This document shows positions 53,144 through 64,000 of a stretch of DNA of 64,000 nt, one piece after another. The position numbers were made by a program, and so were the translations under genes. Within the stretch, counting starts at the first letter, position 1; the number at the start of each line of letters is the position of its first letter. Source of the DNA: Phoronis australis (taxonomy: Eukaryota > Animalia > Phoronida); contig NMRA01000007.1 in NCBI GenBank assembly GCA_002633005.1, positions 696,362 through 760,361 of the forward strand. Reading direction: 5' to 3'. A model generated the notes under the pieces. It did not search any database, was not told where the DNA came from, and worked only from the letters and a program-made list of their open reading frames with translations.

Positions 53144-53706
53144 AAAATATAAATTATAGATGTAACAAAAGATGGCTAATTTACAGGTATATACAATAAA
53201 TTTTGACTTGATTAGTCTGTACTCAATAACTAGACGTTTTAGGCCTAATGACTAGATAGGCAACCACTAGCACTTTACGATACACATAATAAAATGTGCT
53301 TGTATTCGATTACATTACTTTGTAACAAAATGTACTTATATCGATTTACATAATAATTCAAATAGCATCAAGAATATAAAATACAGAATAACATTAAAAT
53401 AACACTGAAGAGGGTTACGTGAACAGCCATGGCTTCATTAAAAAAAAAAACAGAATGAGGAGAGAAGTTATACATCGGTACAGTATCAAGATATCACAAC
53501 AATAAATACTCTTGAACTATTGTTTTAATTTATTGATTTTCAAAGCAAATATACTTGATTCAACTAGTTTCATATTGATTAAACTTTCTTGCACGTGTTC
53601 ATTTCCTGAGATAAATTTTGCAAAGCATCAGGCATCCTGCACTTCAACAAAACAAACAAACAAACAAACAAATATTTTTCGTTAAATTGCGACTTAACGT
53701 ATGGTT

Positions 53707-53882
53707 TCATGAATTCGCAATCGGCTCAGAGTCTGTTCGCGTGTCTACGTTTACGTCGTCGATGTCTGATGCAGGACTCGAAGGCGCAGCACTCGCAGGA
53801 CTGGCAGGATCTGCAAGAGATTCGCGTTCAAATGAACTTGAAGCGTCTTCTGTTCTTGGCTGTGTTACTGTCGATGACTTGG
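53707..53882 (-). CDS. gsc: goosecoid exon 4, Ser/Pro/acidic C-terminus (AKSSTVTQPRTEDASSS...DSEPIANS*)
   Basis: tttcag acceptor, phase 1 matches exon 3; open frame to TGA; total CDS 660 nt = 219 aa plus stop. Confidence 0.85.
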
Positions 53883-55064
53883 CTGAAATATAGAAATTAA
53901 ATGAGCCGTTAAAATTATCAATTATTGTCTAAACAATGACAGGATTCAACACTTGAACATGACGCTCTTTTTATGTACTTCCCGAAATGAAGTGAAGACT
54001 GGAGGTGTGCTCCGTCCCGTGAGATTGTTGCGAGTTTTGTAAGGCCACGCCAGACCACGTAAAATAACGCGAGTGTCAGGTACTTAGTCGCGACTAAGCT
54101 TAGGACCTTACTGACGTAGCAGAGAGCGTAGTCTAACAAAGTGGCCACTACAGTCGACAGGCTGGAATTTGAAAGTTCACCAATCTCTGGCCACGAGGGG
54201 GCACGCAAGTGTATTTACTGCAATGCCGTTTACTCTCGCAGTAGGCCCAGTCTGTTTGGATTCTCATCGTTAAACAAGCTAGTCGGAAACCAGCCAGTGC
54301 AAGGGTTAGTGAAATTCAGAATGCTTGAGATGGTGTAGCAATTCATTTTGTAAACGCAGGTGGACTGCCCGGACCATCTCTCTAAACGTAACCAAGAGCA
54401 CAGCGCTGGTGTAGCAAGAAATTTGACGTTGTGAATTGACCACGTGGATTACTTTAACGTTGAAAATCACACCGTGCCGTATTTAACGGTTTCTAAACTT
54501 AATGTTAAGTACCAAGTGAACAGGTAGCTCGCTTATAACGTTAAAAAGCAAAACGAATATTCCTTTGCTCGCGCACAGACCAACCCTGCTCCGACACATT
54601 ATTTTTGGCCGGCGAATGCTATTTTATACTGACTACGCTGATGACGAAGGACAAAAATTTAGTAGGCGATGCTTGCTTTAGTAGTTGGTGATACGAAACC
54701 GTTAAAATGATCTTGCTGAAAAGTTTTCAACCACTGTCGGATCGTTTCTTCCGGATGGAGAATTCTCCACATAAATTTAGACCCCGTTGAAAGAAACACC
54801 CGGGGTCGTTTTTCAACGCAGAAATTTGATCTATGGAGTCATTTTTTTTCACGGGATCAAAATTCATTGCTTCGCGACATCCTAGATCCGTCAGTGCACA
54901 TAACGGTCCAACGGTCACCATGGCCGATTTGCTTTATTGTCCATTAGAAGAACAGATGGAACTTAGCAGTAAGTATTTTACATACCCACGTCACTTATGT
55001 TTTCATCACGAGTTAAAACGTGAAACTCACTTCCTCAACAATCTGAAAGCAAACAATCGCTTAC

Positions 55065-55155
55065 CTTTCGAAGCGCCATCTTGTGACCTCTTGGCGGCTT
55101 CTTGTTGTTCTCGCTTTTGTTTCCTCCATTTGGCACGGCGATTTTTGAACCACAC
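55065..55155 (-). CDS. gsc: goosecoid exon 3, helix 3 (VWFKNRRAKWRKQKREQQEAAKRSQDGASK), K50
   Basis: ttcag acceptor at the conserved PRD-class intron position before VWF; G|GTAAGC donor; 91 nt, phase 0->1. Confidence 0.96.
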
Positions 55156-55304
55156 CTGAACGACAATACACACAGTAAGCGCAGGCAACACACTTGGGTT
55201 TGTTCTAGAATTTTGTAACATTTATCGCACCGTGTTTAATGCGAGCTGGTTTTGGCACTGAATATGCCCAAAGGCAATTGGATATATAAACCCCGGCGCG
55301 TTCC

Positions 55305-55610
55305 GTCCAAGGAAGCAAATTTCATTGAGACAACTTACCGTTGTAAAATAGGTCTCAACTTGATTCTAGCTTAAGATTTCTGGGTTTGCAAAGACTTGAC
55401 AATTCGTTATATCCTGAGACCATGTCCGCTGCATAACAGCGACACCTAGTGACAAGCCAGCTTGTAGAGCCTTGTCTCGAGCAATAACGAAATGACAATT
55501 CTTTCGAAGCCATGAAATCGCTTAAATTTGACAAAGGCACAATTTAAGACCAATTTCATTATGATACGTAGTCTAGATCAAAATTTATTTTTGTAATGGG
55601 AAGGCGGGTG
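55305..55610 (+). repeat. dispersed repeat, diverged copy of 60512-60826
   Basis: Shared blocks GTCCAAGGAAGC, GGTCTCAACTTG, GACCATGTC, CTTGTAGAGCCT, TTCTTTCGAAGCC, ATCAAAATTT. Confidence 0.75.
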
Positions 55611-55663
55611 TATAGCGAGGCGGGTGTATAGCGAGGCGGGTGTATAGCGTGGCGGGTGTATAG
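55602..55663. repeat. 16-bp tandem repeat (AGGCGGGTGTATAGCG) x4
   Basis: Read directly. Confidence 0.9.
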
Positions 55664-58111
55664 CCGCTTCAAGTTGTCAACACTAAAAATTGTCATTTGA
55701 AATCGAACTTTACTCGCTTCCAGCTGATTCCGGTCCCCGCATTTTAGTTTGACGTCGCGCATTTTCCAGTCTGTTGGCAAACTTGACACTTGTGCGCATG
55801 ATTTTTTATGGCACTTGAATTCAAGCCCTAGTCATTTTGACATTTCGTTTACAGCCAATGGTGGTATAGTCAGAAACGCGAAAAGGATAAGAAATCGTAA
55901 TCATGTTATGTCGATGAAGATCACTACATATTTGTTTACGAAGTCATTTCTATTGACATGACGACTTAGTGAACTCATACTTTTAAAGTATAAACGAATA
56001 AAAGGGGCGGGTCAGTGCGCGTTCTGGTCGATTGATCCAACTATTTCTTTTGAATTCATGATCCTTACAACTCGGGCTTATGTGGTCGAAAACAACGACT
56101 GTTGTACCGAAAGACCAAGAAAATGAAAGGAAACTGGTGTCAAAATACGTGGATTAAAAATTCGCTATTGTCCTTAATGTGTTTATCTATTTGAGTTGTG
56201 CTAAACGGGGTGACGGCTTGTTAATAAAGGGGTTTAATAATGTGACCTGATACAGGTGTGCAAAACGAACTGAAGTAACGAGGGTCAAAGTTGACACATG
56301 TGACAGGTTTAGAGATTGAAATTCCCTTCAGGATATTAAATGTCCAAAATTGATGTTCAATTTATATATCCTTAATTTTTATTTTACAGATTTATTCACC
56401 TTGTCGAGTTTTAGCAGGAAACGATATATTTTCAGGACACGGTACGATCTTGACACAATCCATGTTCACTATTTTATGGAACAGGATTCTCTGAAGGCAA
56501 AAAGCGTATATTAATACAAAATCTGTCGCATTGGGTTCCAGAGACCTTTTAGTATTGTCGTTGGAAATGGGTCGACCTTGCGGAACGTTTGCGTTTAATT
56601 TGGTTGGTATACTTGTTCACTTAATATTTTCTAGAAGGTAACAAATTTGTCAATTAAACTAATTCGCTTACTGTAAGACTGGGTAATTTTAATAAAAAAA
56701 TATTAAACCATGCGATAATACTTATTTGGCACAACAACCGAGACTAATATCACACCCATAATTTTAAAGACACGTATAACATTAGTTATAGTGTATAATC
56801 TCGTAGGCTTGGGAGCGGAGTTTATCCAATATACCAATTGATGATGAAATGTCATTTTATTTTCTTTCTAGAATACGATTCTACTTCATTTGTGAACAGT
56901 TTCAAGATTAAAATTAACGTCTTTATGACGACATTGGTGACGAAACAAGTGATCTCGGTGTAATATAAACTTAATTGGGATACCAAATTTTCACAATTGT
57001 CCATTCAATGAGCTAAATTATACGCTAGGCAAATAAGAATAACTATTTGTAATATATCAAATTATTAAAAGCTGTGATACGCTATACTATGAGTTGATTA
57101 ACAACGACCACTGGGATATATCGTTACACGTAAATAAAAAGTTTCTAATGAACTGACATTAAATATCCACTGAAAACTAATTTTTGTTCAAATCTCAAGA
57201 TTTAAAATTCTTATATTTAGCATGGTTAGATTTTTAGTTAAATTCCGACAAATCCAGCCGGCGACATGTCTATTGAATTACGTGTGATTATTTACGCTGG
57301 CGTAGTGATCAAGTCCTACGGCCACGTTCATGTCAGGTGGAATCTCACGGGACACTTGCCGAAGATGGATTGAGTCTCATGTGGCGAAAATTGGAGAGCA
57401 GTTTGGAAATTGGGGAAATTTCATTCCGACCCAGTGACCACAACCGAACACCTCACTAACGGCCAGATCACTTCGTGTGTGTTTACTCATCAGATATTAC
57501 CAAAATCGCTTTATCTACTTTAGAAATGATTAAATTGCTACTATGAAATTTACATCAGCGCGTGTCGCACATCCATATACACGTGTAGGCTACAGTGAAG
57601 TTACAATACAATTTCTTATCCACCCTTTTAATAAACATGTCGTTAATTTTAATTGTTCGGTGCTTCCAAGCAGAAAGACGGTCTAGACGCTAAATACAAT
57701 ATTCCGGCTCAAGATGGCATCGGATTTCTCGGTTTTTAAAGGGCTTAATTTCTGTGCTTAATTTAGGAGCAAAAAAGTCTGTGAGGAGAGCCTGAGAGCA
57801 CAATTTAACCTTCTCAAGAGGCTATTAGATGGGGGAGGATTTAGGTGCATACCAGTTTCCTGCGGTTAGGATTGGGTTTCCAAAAAATACGATTAGTGTC
57901 TTATTCGATTTAATCAGGTGTTAAATTTATAATGCCACCTTAATTGGTGTGTCATCAACTAATCAGATTAAATTGTGAGAGATATTACAGGACTATGTTC
58001 CCAAATCGACCGGTATTTCGAGAAATCCTGGTAATTGGTTTTTCCTGTCGTTTTCCTGGATTTTGACATTTTTCTAAGTGGTGATAGGCGTCCACGTTAA
58101 CGAGTAATTAC

Positions 58112-58311
58112 CTCCACTCTTTCCTCTTTCAGATCTACTTTCATGGCTAATTCTTCGCGTAGTAACACATCGGGGTAATGCGTCTTGTGAAAAGTTGCCT
58201 CTAATTCTTCGAGCTGTTCTTCAGTGAATATAGTACGATGTCTGCGTTTGCGTTTGTGGCCAGCACGCGCAAGCTCCGGCGGTAAGAAACCAGGGAACGC
58301 AGAATACGCCG
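58112..58311 (-). CDS. gsc: goosecoid exon 2, homeodomain N-part ([48 protein letters not shown])
   Basis: Translated by hand (absent from the ORF track); tttctag acceptor, GAG|GTAATT donor; 200 nt, phase 1->0; HRTIFT...YPDV..RE.LA..V.L.EE.VE matches the Gsc homeodomain. Confidence 0.96.
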
Positions 58312-59313
58312 CTAGAAATGCAACAGACCATAATACAGTACACGTTCAACATTTTCACAATGAATTTATTTCCGATCGTTTTATAATGCTGCATCTATAA
58401 TATGAAAAAGACCCATCCACGTCCTATCTGATGTCCACTTTTTGTGTTTCGTTATTAATTCAACTTTCAGCAGTTCAGCTTAACCTGTGTAGTTCGTGAG
58501 TAAAATTTCCTACCAAGTCTTGGCAAACTATTTCCCGATCGCATTGTACTTTAACAGGTTGCAACACAGACACAGATGTCGCCAAATAAGGACATATCAG
58601 TAATATCCAAAATGTAAGGAGTGAAGTCGACATCCAATCCACTTTGATTCCATTTTGGGTGGTCAGTAATATTTCTATGGTAATCAAGTTACGTGCAAAA
58701 GAAAAAAGGAAAATTCTGTCAAAAATTAAGTTCACGAAAGAACATGACTAAAGGGAGGTTCACGTAATTTAAATTACATCAATAACGATTTCATTTTTTT
58801 GCCTTAAGACCATTTTTACGCTTGTTTAATATGTACTTTAAATTTGTCTCGTTTTGTTCTATTTCGCTTCACAGGTGTATAACATGACTCAGTAACAATG
58901 AATTGAAACTAGTCTTTACACCGCTACATCGTCTTTCTCCTTCGTCAAAAGCTAACAGTGAAAAAGATCAAATAAACTAACTGTACAAGGCAAAACGGTG
59001 TGTTTCCGCCCACGAAGTCTCACATAACAAACACATCTAACCTCTTCATTGTGTATAGTTATACAGTTCCGTGTTGTGTTATTGTTACATCGTGGAGGTA
59101 ATGACGCACCTGAAGAGAAGGTGTTTCAATGAAAGTATATCACTAACTCGTTGTTTAGATTATACTAACACCCTAGATGTCATATGTTAAATTCAACGGT
59201 TAATACTGTGTCATTCATGAGGGTTTGATTTCAAAAGTACTGAAAAAATGGACTGATACGCTACGTGCACGTCCAACACAGCAAAGGCAAAAAACACTGC
59301 AAAAATTACTTAC

Positions 59314-59506
59314 TCAGAAAATCTTGTGGCGTGGCTGTTGGTATTGAAGGATACGGGAAGTACGGATTGGGTCTGTGATGCAGCAATGGTCTTGGAGCCA
59401 AAATGTTGTCGATGCTGAAGGCTGATGGTCCATGAGCCCCGAGCATTCCTGCAGCCGACACCGATTTCAACAATTCAGGCGAATAATAATACGGCAGATG
59501 CTGCAT
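59314..59506 (-). CDS. gsc: goosecoid coding exon 1 (MQHLPYYYSPELL...AFSIDNILAP...PQDFL), eh1/GEH Groucho-binding motif
   Basis: ATG at 59506; FSIDNILA eh1 motif typical of Gsc; donor A|GTAAGT, phase 1 (193 nt). Confidence 0.93.
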
Positions 59507-60511
59507 AATGTCACCAACTGTGAAAAGTCTAGCGAATTTCCTTCGAATATCTCACAAAAGTGGAACTGTGAACGATCTCGTCTGCACTTCACTGTAAGTA
59601 GTTCCTGTCGGCTGACATTGGTCTTGTCACAGGTGCTGTGTTGTCCGCTAAGACTCGTGGGTAAATGAGGCTGTGCGCTAACTTGCTAAACCTTTAAAGA
59701 ATTACGATTTAACCAGTAGACACTACGTTATTTTTACAAGCTCTCTTCGTACGCTATTATATTGTTGCCGTTTAAATCCCAGCTTCTATTGTAACGAAGT
59801 TAAATACTCAAACAACGCTATAGAACGACACCGCACCAACACAATCCCCGCCTTTCAGTGAGAGTTTATTTAATTGTAGTTTAATAAAATTATCCACCTC
59901 CCGACCCATTAGCAAAGGAAAATAATCCATGTTTGCCCTATACAATTGTGGCCATAAGTCTTAACTAAATCGGCTTAGGCATTGTTAGCAATACACCAGT
60001 AGCAGAAAATCTATCTGTAACTATTGGACATTTGTTTTGATTGACAGTTTTGAGCAGCATCACCCGCCCACCGTCATTCACAGCCAATGTGTACACTACG
60101 CTTACTGTTAGTTAGTGTCAATATATGCTTCTTAGAAGGATTAGATCGCAGCCATTCTAAATGTCAAACACAAAATAGTATTATTAAGCCAAAACATATG
60201 TTTTTAAATCACGAATTTCTGTGTCTCGTTTATTTCCTCTTTTCCAGTTGTAGCGCTCATTTTAGTGTGATAACACGTAGATATCTCATCATTCTGTGGC
60301 GCCCATATTTATAGCGAGTTTCACAGAAAACGTTCGTTTACCTTGCCGATAGCATGGATTGGATTCTCTCAGCTTAGCCGCCGACGACATGTTTGCACGC
60401 CGTGCCTTTCCTGCGCATGCGTCTGTATCGGTCCATCAGAGAGCTACACGGAATCGCCTCAACAGTACAGAAGGCTCATTTTTACTTAAAGAGGCTGTAA
60501 ACCCACGTTTA

Positions 60512-60826
60512 GTCCAAGGAAGCGAACTTTTAAATCAAGCCACTTGCTACCATAAAATTGGTCTCAACTTGCTCCTTAATTCGATAAGCCGTGATTTTTG
60601 GTCTTGCAAAGAACATTTTGCTATTGCTCAGGACCATGTCGGCGAATATGACACGCCGTGACAAGTCGACTTGTAGAGCCTGACTGGTCTCAGTGAATAA
60701 CGAACTGATAGTTCTTTCGAAGCCTGAAATCATTTCTTATTTGACTACGCACCAATCTGAGACCAATTTTATAACCGGAAGTGGTCTACATCAAAATTTG
60801 TTTTTCCCATAGAAGACTGGTGTAAA
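60512..60826 (+). repeat. dispersed repeat upstream of gsc, same family as 55305-55610
   Basis: Collinear shared blocks as listed for 55305-55610. Confidence 0.75.
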
Positions 60827-61145
60827 GACGTTTCCAGAGCGGGACACTAAACCCTGTTACGGCGACGTCTCCAACCTTGGTCGTGATAAGTCCCTTGAGA
60901 GTTAAAGGCGTTATTCAGTAATGAGATAGTGTCAGAAAGTGGATCTCGTAGTTCGAAGTGGTTGGGGATTGTCTGCAGCAGCCCAAAACTTCAGTCACGT
61001 TTACCCATTTGGTGTGTTTAAATTAGTTCAAAACTTTTGAGGTCTGATAAAAGTTGTAGAGCATTACTTTAATTGAATTTTTATAAATGATCTAGTCGCT
61101 AATTAAAAGTATTCAAATGAATCAAAACACTCACTTCATGGTGTG

Positions 61146-61153
61146 CACGCACG

Positions 61154-61203
<50 letters not shown>

Positions 61204-61507
61204 TATATACATATACACATACATATGATATACATATAAATACATTCATGCATACATACATACATACATGCATGCATACATGCATGCATACATGCATACA
61301 TACATACATACATGCATGCATACATACATGCATGCATACATACATGCATGCACACACACACATACACACACATTTAGATAGATAGACAGACAGACAGACG
61401 GACATACATACATACATACATACATATGATATACATATACATACATTCATGCATACATACATACATACATGCATACATACATGCATGCATACATACATAC
61501 ATGCACG

Positions 61508-61538
<31 letters not shown>

Positions 61539-61600
61539 ACACATTTAGATAGACAAACAGACAGACAGACAGGCAGACGGACATACATACATACATACAT
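61146..61600. repeat. compound (CA)n/(CATA)n/(CATG)n/(CAGA)n microsatellite with an internal ~170-200-bp duplication
   Basis: Read directly. Confidence 0.95.
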
Positions 61601-64000
61601 GGGACAGCCCCTTCCCCCACTCCTATGGCCTACTAGGGAAGCTCGGATGAATGCGCTTTTATGAGAAACACTTAAATAAAAATGAAAAAATGCCTTATTT
61701 AAGATACAAGACCATGGGCCTAAAATACGCGCACCTGTGCCATTATTGAAATTAATGCATTAAAAAGAATTTTCTCTAAGCTTCTTTAAATATTTCTAAT
61801 AGTATAAAAATTGAATGTACACTCACATCAACCATTTTGTATAGGGTGAGCCAATTTTCACTTGCGTAGTATTTTAGAAGTTTGCGCTTCTGTTTTACGG
61901 ATTTCTTTCATTTGCAAGCACACGTGCACAATGCCGGACATAAGCATATCGTCACATAAAGGCGTATGAGCTTAGTATGCCCATATACGACAACTGTTTT
62001 TTTTATATCAACAATAAACTGTTGGTCACGTTACTTTTTGTGCATTTCACGAACTTCTGAAAGTATACCCGAAACGATGACTTAAAGTAGCTGTGATTCC
62101 CGATTCACCGGGAGTGCGACGTGCGTACATCCGACGCCAGAAGCTCCCCAAAAATCAAATCACGTGAAAGTACATGAGCGAAAGACGAGTATGCACGAGA
62201 GCTTAAAAAGCGTAGTCTAGTAAAATGGCGGCCATTGAAGTGACTGGTCGGTGAGCTAGGAGGGTTGATTATGGATCATGATTCATTTTGTCCGCTCTAC
62301 AAGTGACGAATTCTAGCCGCAAGTGCGAGTGTCTTGGGTCTAGGGAAAACACCCCAGGTGTAGCTCCCAACCTTTCCTATATTCAATCACGTGGGCACTC
62401 ACAGGCGCTGATTAGTTAAATCCTCTTAAGTTTTTGTCAATCAACAATAAAATTATTGCGCGCAGTAATCAACACTTCACGGCTTATTTACATATCGTGT
62501 AAAACGATCCATGGTCCGGACAATATAATCCGGCTGAAGATTTTAAAAGTGTATTAATACGTCCGTGTCATTATACTCAAGCAAAATACCACGGGAGAAG
62601 CCCTGCAATAGAATCGCGATAAGTCCCCTAATACAAACAAATCTCGTGTTGAATACGCTGTGACATTTGACCAGCAAGTTTGACTAGGAATAAAAAGTCT
62701 TCGACAGGTGAAATTTGCACTCAAGGACTGGGTACCAGGGTGTAGGAATTGCCTCATCGTCGTTTGCAAATTCTTTAATAGATCACAACGGAAATGTGCA
62801 GGGCTTAAAATAATCGGAATTCGCAGTCTTCACTGAAAGTAGTGCGACTTGCTTTTGTGTTGCGGGGATTATTTCGAGTAAGGTTTTATCCGGGAATCCG
62901 TAAAATCGCGAAATATTTTAAGAGTTACAAAGTTTCGCCAGTTTGTAAACACTTTTGAGAGAATCGATTAAATTGATAAAGCGCAGGTGCATAAGGGCGG
63001 AAGAATGACTTTCTGAGAGATGTTGACTGTTACTGTTTGTATTGTTTGCACGGGAGACGGTCTTCTACGACGTAGAAGGATCATTTAATTTATTGTAGAG
63101 TTGAGCATAGTCGCGAAAAAAGAAACAAAAAAAAATAAACTTATTTTCTCATTTCCAAATTCTCTGGGTGGGTACAAACCTTTTCTTGGTCACTAAAAGA
63201 CAAGAACATGCTTTACCTCTCCGTAAAATTAAAACTGATACGAATAATTAAACCAAACTCCATTTTACTTCACTAAATCTGCATGTCATCACCGTGTTGA
63301 AGTATCTGCATTCTCGTTCATTGAAAAGACTATTTAGGGATGAAATGTTGACTATTAACCTTTAATTTACCGTTTTCAGATTCTGGAATTGTACGTTGGA
63401 ACACGTGGATAATTTGTTCTTAAAAGTGGATTAAATTGTTCATACGTGTTAAAGCAGCATTAACTCGCGCTTTCTGTCAAAATAGCACAAGATTTTGCTT
63501 TAGACCACGCCTTCACCTGAAGGTTTACGAGCTTCGTTTGAAGAAATAACGAAATCATGTCTAAACTCAGTTTAGGAATTACATAAGAGCAGTTGTATAA
63601 CGGTAAGTAACCGAAATCAAACCTTGTTTTTGACAGAAAGCTCGGGTTTGAGACTCCCTTTAATTAGAGAGATTTAAAAGCAAATTTCAATTTTCCACTA
63701 AATACTGGATAATTTTCTGTTAAGACATCCAGGTATGGTAAATCAAGTTCCCGCCACCCATTGCGCTGTGTACGGCTAGTCCCAGGTGTTAAACTCTCCA
63801 GATTATCCCTGGCTCACGGGGATTTTGGTCTAATTCACCAAGATAAACATCAATGAATAACCGAGGGCTGAATCAATTAATGCGTTAAAACGTGTTTGTT
63901 TTGAGATTTGTCCGTTTAGTACACAGAATTCCCATAAGAAAACACCACAATATCTGGCAGGTATTATTTCTGATAGACCACTGATATCATGGCGTATCTT

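Noticed and set aside
53618-53900. Plus-strand ORFs of 91 and 63 aa
   Set aside because: Antisense shadows of gsc exon 4
61131-61664. MCVY/HTHT-repeat ORFs (also 11775-12073)
   Set aside because: Translations of CA/CATA microsatellites

Overview
AT-rich animal genomic DNA with spliceosomal introns, probably an invertebrate deuterostome (inferred, not provable here). No prokaryotic systems. Three genes were reconstructed by hand. (1) goosecoid on the minus strand: 4 coding exons, 59506->53707, 219 aa, with an eh1 motif (FSIDNIL) and a K50 PRD-class homeodomain. (2) ARPIN on the plus strand: 6 coding exons, 31506->40455, 222 aa, ending in the acidic ...EGVDDDEWDD tail; it lies tail-to-tail with gsc. 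(3) A minus-strand mosaic Cys-rich protease-inhibitor-like gene (WAP, Lustrin-type Cys repeat, thyroglobulin type-1, antistasin-like), ~20.1 kb->1.2 kb. Its splice phases form an intact chain, but several exons carry stop codons, so it is partly decayed or skips those exons. The rest is repeats: a CR1/L2-like LINE split by a Tc1/pogo-type element, MITEs, mini/microsatellites, an LTR remnant and DINE-1/Helentron-like elements. Most striking: the DINE-1-like elements carry ~150-bp tandem units that each contain a co-oriented CTCF-consensus-like motif (about 20 in 3.6 kb just upstream of ARPIN). Also notable are an LTR packed with heat-shock elements, a hammerhead-like core inside an inverted repeat, and a P3 homeodomain site in a gsc intron.
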